Assembly: GCA_951406725.2 (NCBI GenBank)
Contig: OX597833.1
Location: 62,186,001 to 62,250,000, forward strand
DNA: 64,000 bases
Origin: Octopus vulgaris
Lineage: Eukaryota
Direction of reading: 5' to 3'
Within the stretch, counting starts at the first letter, position 1; each line of letters starts with the position of its first letter. The notes below the pieces were generated by a model. It saw nothing but the letters and a program-made list of their open reading frames with translations. It made no database searches and was not told the origin of the DNA. The translations under genes were made by a program, and so were the position numbers. Below are positions 53,381-64,000 of this stretch, in pieces.

Positions 53381-53825
53381 TATTTTGATGGGGGTTGGAA
53401 TGGAGGTCAATGAAATGACCTTGAAACTCCCTCCCCCCCACTTTCCCCAGTACTTAACTAATCTTTGCTTTCTTCTGTGGTTCCAGAAAGAACAGTAAAG
53501 TCAGCCGCATCTGGATTTAAAACTCAGAATGTAAAGGGTTGTACTAAACACCACAAGGCATTTTGTCTGACTCTCTACTTAGTCTGTTGAGTCATTGTCC
53601 TCTCAATAATACCACTCCTTTCTGCTATAGGCACTGGGTCTCAAACTTTGGTTGAGGGGGTCTCGTTTTTGGTTTCATTGACCCCCAGCACTCAACTGGT
53701 ACTTATTTCATCATCCTGAAAGGATAAGTTGACCTTGGAATGTAAAGCCAGAAAAAATGCTGCTAAGCATTTTATCCAGCATGCTGATGTTTCTGTTGGC
53801 TTACCTAGGTAGACACAAGGCTATC

Positions 53826-53856
<31 letters not shown>

Positions 53857-54065
53857 ATTCTTGTTTTAGTCATTTGGCTGTGGCCATGATGGAGCACCAT
53901 CTTTAGTCGAACAAATCGACCCCAGGACTTTATTCTTTGTAAGCCTAGTACTTATTCTATCATTCTCTTTTGTTGAACTGCTAAGTTATGGGGATGTAAA
54001 CACACCAATGTCAGACAAACATAGCTACACAAATATAAATATAAATATATATATATGTATGTATG

Positions 54066-54096
<31 letters not shown>

Positions 54097-55292
54097 ATAT
54101 GTATATACAACAGGCTTCTTTCAGTTTCCGACTACCAGATCCACTCATATAGCTTTGGTTGGCCCAAGGCAATAGTAGAAGACACTTGCCCAAAGTGCCA
54201 CGCAGTGGGACTGAAACAGAAACCATGTGGTTGGGAAGCAAGCTTCTTACCCCACAGCCATATATGTATATATATATATATATATATAAGGGGTTAGTGT
54301 ATGTGTGTGGAACATGTGCTGCTGGCACATGAAAAACAACATTTGTGCGTGGTCGTTGCCCTCGTGCCAGTGGCACATAAAAGCACCCACTACACTCACA
54401 GGGTGGTTTGCGTGAGGAAGGGCATCCAGCTGTAGAAACTCTGCCAGATCAGAATGGAGCCTGGTGCAGCCATCTGGCTTCCCAGTCCTCAGGCATCTTG
54501 AGTATTTGCCAGCAGTTGTTTGCAAATGTTCACACATTGTTGGGCCTGACTCTACCTGGTGTCTACGACTACATTATTTCATGTGTCCTGACTGTTATTT
54601 CTTAACCCCAGGTCAGTTCTGAAACAGCAGACTTGTGATCAAAGGCATTCCGGTTGTGACCATCCTTTCTTTTGATTCTCACATAATCTATCTTGGGCTA
54701 CATTGTCTAAAATGTCCCTCATTATTGATTAGCCTCGAGTCAGCTTTAACCCAGTGCGTAACTGGTACTTATTTAATTGACCGCGAAAGGATGAAAGGCA
54801 AAGTCGACCTCGGTGGAATTTGAACTCAGAATGTAACTGTAGGCGAAATACCGCTAAGCATTTCGCCCAGCATGCTAACGGTTCAGTCAGCTTGCTGTCT
54901 TAAAGTCAGTAGACCTATGGCCAAAGGGGTTCTAGCCACGGCCATCCTATCTTACATTCAGCCGTTGCATATCTAGGACAACATTATCTAATGCAAGCCT
55001 GTTATTATTGCCTTTTTGCTCCAGATTGGCCATACCAAAGGCTAAGTAAAATATATTGTGTTAAGTGTCTCGAAAACTTAACATTTGTCCTTAGTCAATC
55101 AGATATATCCATCTCGGCTGTGTGGCTGATGGTAGCTGTTGACAGCTGACTGGACTGAGGAGATGTTGCGAGTGTTAATATGTTGGGCATGTTACTCCAC
55201 TCACACCATTGCTACTAAACCGGATGCTACATAATACAGTACCAGCTTCAGCACAGAAACTTTGGCTGCAGCTGTGTGTGTGTGTGTGTGTA

Positions 55293-55325
<33 letters not shown>

Positions 55326-55400
55326 AATTGATAGTGCATGTGTGTGTGAGAGAGACAGTGTATGCGAATGTGTATGTGTGTGTGTGTATGTGTGTGTGTA

Positions 55401-55433
<33 letters not shown>

Positions 55434-56068
55434 CAGAGAAATAGAGTGCATGTGTGTGTGTGAGAGAGAGACAGTGTATGCGAATGTGTGTGTGTGTGTG
55501 TTGATGCATGTGTGTATGTGTTTGTGTGAGGTTGTGAGTATGCATGCGTGTGTATGACATCCTAGACATCCTATTGACCCAACCAGCTGTCTCCACATAT
55601 GTCGCATAACTATGAATAAATAATTATCTCTCTTATGTATGTATGTCACACACACTCACACACACACAGACACACACATATATATATACATAAATACACA
55701 CACATATATTGCATGTGTGTGTGTGTGTGTGTGGACAGAGAGAGAGAAAGAGAGAGAGAGATTCGTGTAGAAAGCTAAATAACTAAGCCATTGTTAGTTG
55801 CTACTGAAATAACTATGAACTTTGAATCGTCTAAAAATAGCAACATTCAGGACATAATTTAAACATTGTCTGAGTACAGTAAAGGTTAGCTGTGTTTGTG
55901 TTTGGTTGTTGATTTGATCCTCCTTTTAATGCACACATACATACACACACAAACACACACACACACACATACATACATACATACATACATGCATACATAC
56001 ACGTGTGTGTGTGTGCGCGTAGTTAAAATAGTTGAAGCATCTTCTACAAGTACTGTTTATTAATTCAT

Positions 56069-56102
<34 letters not shown>

Positions 56103-56412
56103 TATATGTATATATATATGTATGTATGTATATATATGTATATATATGTATGTACATATATGTATATATATATATGTATATATATATGTATGTATATGTA
56201 TGTACATATATGTATATATATGTATGTACATATATGTATATATATGTATATATATATGTATATATATATATGTGTATATATATGTATATATGTATATATA
56301 TATATGTATATATATGTGTGTATATATATGTATATATGTATGTATATATATATGTATATACGTATGTATATATATGTATATATATATGTGTGTGTATATG
56401 TACATGTATGTG

Positions 56413-56459
<47 letters not shown>

Positions 56460-58025
56460 TCGTAAGGGGAGAGAGAGAGAAGAGACAGACAGACAGACAT
56501 TCTAACCATTTAAAAAGACACAACAAAAACTGTTAAATTAATTTTTCTTGGTGTGTTAAAAATGTTTGTCGTACTGGTCAGCTTCATCACAAATTTAAAC
56601 AGACACACACTCATACACATCATTGTTATCATTTTTACATCTGCTTTCCATGTCGGCATGGGTTGGACATGTTCTGGTTTGAGACAGTTGTAGAGGGGCA
56701 CAGGACCCTGTCTGGCTTGTATTTGGCTCGTTTTCAATGGCTGCATGCCCTTCCTATTTCTGATCTCTTTACAGAGGACTCTATGTGTATTTTATCATGG
56801 TCCCCTGATGAAATGATATCAGTACTTAGGTGGTTGTGTCCTCGAAAAGGCTGAATATCTTCACTATGTTTGATTGATTGATTGATTCTAGTTTCAGCTT
56901 ATGAGCTGTGGCCATGCTGGGGCACCGCCATATTAAAAAATTGACACAAAGCCCCCAGTGCACCAGTTGCACTACAACAATTTTATGAAGAGCATTCTGT
57001 GTACTATATTGTAGCACCAGCACTAGTGAGGTTGCCTTGATCTCTGTACTAGACTTGAGAGTACTCACTACTCAAGAAAACATTGTGGCTAAGAAGGTAA
57101 ATAGAATGAGTGGGGTGAGGGGAGCAAAGGTAGTAAAAGTAGAATGACTGGGATGAGAGAGTGAGAGAGAGAGAGAAGGGGTGAAGGAAGTGGATAATGG
57201 TAAGAGTGAGTGATGGCTGTCAATAGCAAGTGGCTGGAGGAGCAGGAGTGATGACTGACAGTACAGAAGGAGTGGTTATGTTGTGTGTCAGCTATAGCTT
57301 CCTTAGTTACATCAGTAGAATAAAACAAAAAGATGAGTGGTGGAGAGAACGTTAGAGCTGTGCACTGGGGGAGGGGTGAATGGTGGAAAGATAAAGGATG
57401 CAGTGATAAGTGAAGGAGTGATGAGTGATGGGGAGATGAGTGATGGAAAGATGAATGATGAGATAAACATTAGAGAACTGAATACTAGAGACAGACAGAC
57501 AGAGAGAGACTAATGATAAGTGATGGACAGATGAACATTAGATAGCTGAACAACAGAGTAATAATGAGTGACAGGGAGATGAGTGATGGAAAGATGAACG
57601 CTAGATGAGTGTTGCAGATATGAATATTGGAGATGACGGAGCGATGAATGATAGAGAAGTGAGTGATGAAGAGATAAACATTGAAGAGCTGAACACTGGA
57701 GTGATGAGTGATAAGGATGTGAATAATGGCAGGGACAGTGTGATAAGGATATGAGTGATGTAGGAGTGATGAGAAGGCATCAGAGATACGTAATTCTACA
57801 TTGTGTTGTTACATTTGTTTTGATATTTTTGCATGTCTCTTTATTGTTGCCATGTCAACAACTCCACCTCCACTGTCCACTCACCCAGTCCACCATTTGT
57901 CCACATCAATCGGTCTTTAATCATAGCTCTACTCTGTAGCCTTCATCTGCCCTATGTGGTCCAGTGATTTCATACTCATCTAATTTTCTCCTGCTCCAAC
58001 TCTCCATATTCACATTTTATAATAA

Positions 58026-58405
58026 CTAGCAGTATTGCTTGGGTTTGTTTTGACCCTTTAGAATTAGAATTTTTGAAAAGTAAAAATTTTGCATTATGTA
58101 TCTTGTTATTCTCTTTAAGTGAACATTTTTCTGGTTGAAATACACCAAAAAATAGCGACACAGCAGTAAAAAAATTGTAAAAAAATAGGGATTTTCATAG
58201 AAAAAAAGTCCTTCTTGATGTAAATAATTTTTGGCGTTAACATGGTCCGATTTGAATTTTTTCTTCTACAGAAGGAAGAGCAAGCCTTCTTCTATCATAC
58301 TCTCAATTTTGGTCAACTTGCTTTGCAGGATCTTGGAGGAGATAGTGTTAGTTGAAGGCTACCAAACCTGTCACGCACAGACAACTTCAGCTTTATATAT
58401 TTAGA
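58026..58405 (-). mobile_element. Non-autonomous Helitron, same family as 52731
   Basis: Minus strand A|TC...CTAG|T termini and homologous body. Confidence 0.85.
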
Positions 58406-58677
58406 TTATAATAACCAAACATTATCAAGTCAGTTTCTTAGAACTACGATATAACTAATATAGATATAATAGATAAGTATGCTGGTGCCATATAAAAAGC
58501 ACCCAGTATATTCTGTTAGGTTGGTTGGCATTATTGAAGGGCATCAAGCTGTAGGAACAATGCCATAACACACAACTGGAACCTGGTGCAGCTCGCTGGC
58601 TTGCCAGCTCTTTTCAAGCTGTCCAACCCATGTCTGCATGGAAAATAGATGTTAAATGATGATGGATGATGGACTAA

Positions 58678-59065
58678 TCTCTCTCTATATAAAGCTGAAG
58701 TTGTCTGTGTATGGCAGGTTTGGTAGCCTTCAGCTAACAATATCTCCTCCGAGACCCTGTGGGGCAAGTTGACCAAAATTGAGAGTATGATAGAAGAAGG
58801 CTTGCTCTTCCTTCCATAGAAGAAATATTTCAAATCGGACCATGTCAACACCAAAAATTATTTACATCAAAAAGGTGCTTTTTTTCTATGAAAATCCCTA
58901 TTTTTAACGATTTTTTGACTGCTGTGTTGCCATTTTTTGGTGTATTTCAACCAGAAAAATGTTCACTTAAAGAGAATAACAAGCTACATAATGCAAAATT
59001 TTTACTTTTTAAAAATTCCAATTCTAAAGGGTCAAAACAAACCTGAGCAATTATATTACAACTAG
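58678..59065 (+). mobile_element. Non-autonomous Helitron, same family as 52731
   Basis: A|TCTCTCTCTATATAAAG ... CTAG|T; inverted relative to the 58026 copy. Confidence 0.85.
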
Positions 59066-60101
59066 TATTTATAACTATATTACAAATAGTATATTATAAC
59101 TGTATTGCAATAAGTGCATGATAATGTATGACTTTCAATACAGTTATAATTACAACTGTAGTAGTGTATTACAACCATATTATAACTACATTATGACTTT
59201 TGTATTGTAAACATGTTATAACTATCATATAGACATAACTATTGTATTACTAGTACATAATCGAAATCAAATTCGATGACTAGCATCTGTGCTAGTGGAG
59301 CACTAAGAGCACCATCTGAGCGTGATTTGTTGCCAGAGTGGCTAACTGGCGTTCGTGCCGGTGGCACGTAAAAAGCACCATTCAAGCGTGATCGTTACCA
59401 GTGTCTCCTTACTGGCACTTGTAAGGCGTGCAGGTGACATGTTAAAAAAAAAAACACGATTTTTTTCGTGGCCGTTGCCTGTACCACCTGACTGGCCTTC
59501 GTGCCAGTGGCATGTAAAAGAACCCACTACGCTCTTGGAGTGGTTGGCGTTAGGAAGGGCATCCAGCTGTAGAAACTCTGCCAGATCAAGATTGGAGCCT
59601 GGTGCAGCCATCTGGTTTGCCAGCCCTCAGTCAAAATCGTCCAACCCATGCTAGCATGGAAAGCAAACATTAAATGATGATGATGATTATAATAAATACA
59701 ACCACTGTAATATAGTGTATTATAAGGTAGTGCCCCCTGACTGGCTCCCGTGCTGGTGGCATGTAAAAAGCACCATCCGAACATGGCTGATGTCAGAGCC
59801 CCTTGACTGGCTCCCATGCTGGTGGCACGTAAAAAGCACCATCCAAACGTGATCAATGTCAGGTCCGTCTGACTGGCTCCTTTGCCAGTGGCACGTGAAA
59901 AGCACCCACTACACTCTCGGAGTGGTTGGCGTTAGGAAAGGCGTCCAGCTGTAGAAGCATTGCCAGATCAGATTGGAGCCTGGTGCAACCTACTGGCCTT
60001 CTAGACCTCAGTTTAAACCATCCAACCCATGCCAGCATAGAAAACATACACCAAACGATAATGATAACATTATCTGGTTATACTACCTTATGACTTATTA
60101 T

Positions 60102-60487
60102 GGGTGGAAGCACTCCGTCGGTTATGATGATGAGGGTTCCGGTTGATCCGACCAACGGAACAGCCTGCTCGTGAAATTAACATGTAAATGGCTGAGCACT
60201 CCACAGACACGTGTACCCTTAACGTAGTTCTCGGGGATATTCAGCGTGACACAGAGAGTGACAAGGCCGGCCCTTTGAAATACAGGTACAACAGAAACAG
60301 GAAGAAAGAGAGAGAAAGTTGTGGTGAAAGAGTACAGCAGGGATCGCCACCATCCCCTGCCGGAGCCTCGTGGAGCTTTTCGGTGTTTTCGCTCAATAAA
60401 CACTCACAACGCCTGGTCTGGGAATCGAAACCGCGATCCTACGACCGCGAGTCCGCTGCCCTAACCACTGGGCCATTGCCCCTCCAC
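60102..60487 (-). mobile_element. tRNA-derived SINE, family D head with an alternative tail, 13-bp TSD
   Basis: Head matches 17978. TSD TATGACTTATTAT at 60089-60101 and 60488-60500. Confidence 0.9.
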
Positions 60488-61261
60488 TATGACTTATTAT
60501 AACTATTTCATAACTATATTACTAAAACCGCAATATAATTATTGAGCATCAATTTCTAAAACTACTATATTAAAACTGCACTAACTATTACATTACAATT
60601 TCTGTATTAAAGCTGTTTATAACTAACTACTATATTATAACTAGTATATTGTAATAGTATATTGTAATAGATGGGGTAGAAAGGGCTCCTTAGCCATAGT
60701 GAAGGCAATCTATCTAGGGAGATAACCTTACAATAAATCACTGGGTCCGTAGCTTAGAAATACTGGGTTGACGTCCAGCGGGAACAGCTTTGTTTCATGG
60801 AGGAGGAAAGATATTCTTTAGTACTTGGTTGTACAATGCTTTCCAATGTGTGTAGTAGTGGCGCGCGCGCACATTATTAGCCATTTGAAAAGACTATGAA
60901 AGTCTCGACCACGGTCGAACAATGATGATGATGAATGATGTAATAGTACTAACTGTGAGAGAAGGCCTGAGTCGAGTTCTTCGTTAGTAACATTTCTGAT
61001 TTTAGCTCACGTACATATGCAAGTACGTTCATGCATGCACACATAGATACAATTTGTCTCACACTCACATAGTATTCACCTTTATGTGCACACACGGACG
61101 CACACATATACAAAGATACATGTGCACATATACACACACACATATATATACACACACATGCATACACACATGTCTAGTTCAACTGCTCAAGGACAACAAT
61201 CCACAGCAGTTGGTGTTGCTAGGTTATGAAACTAAATGTTATTTGACTCCAAATTGTGTCT

Positions 61262-61263
<2 letters not shown>

Positions 61264-61319
<56 letters not shown>

Positions 61320-61337
61320 ATGTGTGTGTGTGTGTAT

Positions 61338-61372
<35 letters not shown>

Positions 61373-61640
61373 GCTGTGTGTGCGTGTGTGTGTGGCTGTA
61401 TGTGTGTGAGTGCGTGTGCGTGTGTGTGTGTGTATGTGTGCGTGCGTGTGTGTGTGGCTGTGTGCGTGTGCATGTGTGTGTGTGTGTGTGTGCGTGCGTG
61501 TGTGTGTGTGGCTGTGTGTCTGAGTGTGTGTGTATGTGCGTGCGCACGCGTGTGGCTGTGTCTGTGTGTGTGTTTGTGTGCATATGCATGTGTATTTTCA
61601 TACATGTGCGTGTGTGCGTGTGTGTTTGTGTGTGTGTGTG
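61264..61640 (+). repeat. Long degenerate (TG)n tract
   Basis: Direct inspection. Similar TA/TG/CA tracts at ~39930-40390 and ~56070-56460. Confidence 0.95.
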
Positions 61641-62133
61641 TTAAGCCATGCTAGCAAGAGAAAAGAAAAAAAATGACACTAAACAAAACAAATATATAAA
61701 GTTGGACTGCCAACTCAGGTATTGCATTCCAATCCAGTACAGGTGTCTGATTGTATAAAGGGGAATTGTGTACACAGTGAGACAATGTATTCACTATACA
61801 ACGTGTTACCGTGAAACAGGGAAGTTAGTACACATTCGTTTTCTGCTGTTGGCTTTAACCAGTTATAGAACTATACGATAAAACAGTAAACTTTTGTAGT
61901 GTTACCAGCTATAGACTAGTGTCTTATCCAGGAGGTGAGATATCTCGTGTCCTTATACGGTAAATTGCAGGCGTAGGAGTGGCTGTGTGGTAAGTAGCGT
62001 GCTTACGAACCACATGGTTCCGGTTTCGGTCCCACTGTGTGGCATCTTGGGCAAGTGTCTTCTGCTATAGCCCCCGGGCCGACCAATGCCTTGCGAGTGG
62101 ATTTGGTAGACGGAAACTGAAAGAAGCCTGTCG

Positions 62134-62167
<34 letters not shown>

Positions 62168-62168
<1 letters not shown>

Positions 62169-62466
62169 TAATAATAAATATTAGGGAATAAATCCAAATT
62201 TACAGGGAAAAAATCAGATTTAGGATTAAATCCAATTTTATAGTAAAATATTATAAAATATTATTAGAGACAAAACCACTATTTTGCAAAACAAACAAGG
62301 AAAGACTTAATAATTTGAAACTGATATATTGGAAGTCCACCTGAAGATTGTCGATCAAGACAAGAAACAATTGTAGTGGCGGTTTTTTTGACTATTTATT
62401 AAAATTTTATGTATTGATTAAGTCTTTCCTTGTTTGTTTTGCAAAATAGTGGTTTTGTCTCTAATA

Positions 62467-62476
<10 letters not shown>
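62168..62476 (+). mobile_element. Penelope-like LTR remnant with 60-bp inverted repeat, inserted in (TA)n
   Basis: 62252-62311 is the reverse complement of 62417-62476 and the pair encloses the hammerhead. The terminus AATAAATATTAGGGAATAAAT also occurs inverted at ~21830-21855. Confidence 0.75.
62337..62379 (+). ncRNA. Minimal type I hammerhead ribozyme motif
   Basis: CCAC CTGAAGA TTGTC gatcaa GACAA GAAA CAATTG TA GTGG: perfect stems I and II, canonical core, palindromic stem III, GUA triplet, predicted cut after 62375. Confidence 0.9.
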
Positions 62477-62503
<27 letters not shown>

Positions 62504-64000
62504 CTTTACTACCCACCAGGGGCTACACACAGAGGGGACAAACAAGGACAGACAAAGGGATTAAGTCGATTACATCGACCCCAGTGCGTAACTGATACTT
62601 AATTTATCGACCCCGAAAGGATGAAAGGCAAAGTCGACCTTGGCGGAATTTAAACTCAGAACATAACGGCAGACGAAATACCTATTACTTTACTGCCCAC
62701 AAGGGGCTAAACACAGAGGGGACAAACAAGGACAGACAATGGGATTAAACCGATTATATCGACCCCAGTGCGTAACTGGTACTTAATTTATCGACCCCGG
62801 AAGGATGAAAGGCAAATCGACCTCGGCAGAATTCGAACTCAGAACGTTACGACAGGTGAAATACGGCTACGCATTTCGCCCGGCGTGCTAACGGTTCTGC
62901 CAGATTGCCGCCTCGAAAGTATAAGTTCGGCTTATACTAGAGGATAAAATGTGATGCAAATGTTTACCACAGACAGGTTGGTCAACCCGTAACCCAGTAC
63001 ACCTAATAAATCTTTGTACGCCTCTTACTGTAACTCGAGCTGACTGTCACAAATATTTCCAACTAAAAACTTGTATTTGGTGAATGTATCTAATATAATT
63101 AACCCTTTAATGTTCAGATTCCTCTGTCAAATGTGATGCTTATTTATCCATATTGTTTGGAAATCATCATGGATTCTTCTGTGGCTTTTGGATTTTAAAG
63201 ATTTGATTACCTCTTTTACTTGTTTCAGTCATTTGACTGTGGCCACCGCCTTTAATCAAGCAAATCGACCCCAGGACTTATTCTTTGGAAGCCTAGTACT
63301 TATTCTATCGGTCTCTTTTGCCGAACCGCTAAGTTACAGGGACGTAAACACACCAGCATCGGTTGTCAAGCGATGTTGGGGGTACAAACATAGACACACG
63401 AACATATACACATACATATATATATATACATATATACGACGGGCTTCTTTCAGTTTCCGCCTACCAAATCCACTCACAAGGTTTTGGTTGGCCCAAGGAT
63501 ATAGTAGAAGACACTTGCCCAAGGTGCCACGCAGTGGGACTGAACCCAGAACCATGTGGTTGGTAAGCAAGCTACTTACCACACAGCCACTCCTGCACCT
63601 ATTTACAATTGTTTACTTTTAGAATGACATTGTGTGTTAGGTGTGAGAGGGTGGATCTGGCCAGTTTGGACATAAAACGGCTGGAATATTTGGGCCAGAT
63701 ATGGCTGTCTTAAATGCTAAAGGGTTAACACAGATTAATCTAAAATAATCAAATACAAATTCAGTATAAACACTATATCATTGTCATCTTCATCATCATC
63801 ATTATTGTTGTTATAATGTCCACTTTTCCATGCTTCTGTGGGTCAGACAGAATTCATTGAGGCAGATTTTCAATGGCCAGATGTCATTCCAGTGGCTTGC
63901 CTTCTAAACAAGGTTATACTTCCCCTTGCCCTGACACTGCTTATAGGATGGTGATGCTCATTTACATCACATCATATCAAGGCAAGAGTATGCTCAAATA

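Overview
Eukaryotic, AT-rich, microsatellite- and SINE-dense animal genomic DNA. The repeat families look like those of octopus (coleoid cephalopod); this is inference from remembered repeat sequences, not a search. The only protein-coding gene I can support is the 5' part of a G-protein alpha-s (GNAS-like) gene on the + strand. It has three small exons (1987-2116, 6225-6300, 8426-8480) that the ORF track misses, followed by an intron of more than 55 kb with no further exon found. The listed ORFs are essentially microsatellite, SINE or decayed RTE-LINE noise. The intron holds tRNA-derived SINEs, RTE-type LINE fragments, Helitrons and piggyBac-, Tc1- and Merlin-like MITEs. It also holds at least four unrelated short non-coding elements carrying minimal Penelope-type hammerhead ribozyme folds. 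One of these is a ~550 bp palindrome in which each arm is a tRNA-like Pol III head fused to a hammerhead-bearing tail. All folds were read by eye and none has been tested.
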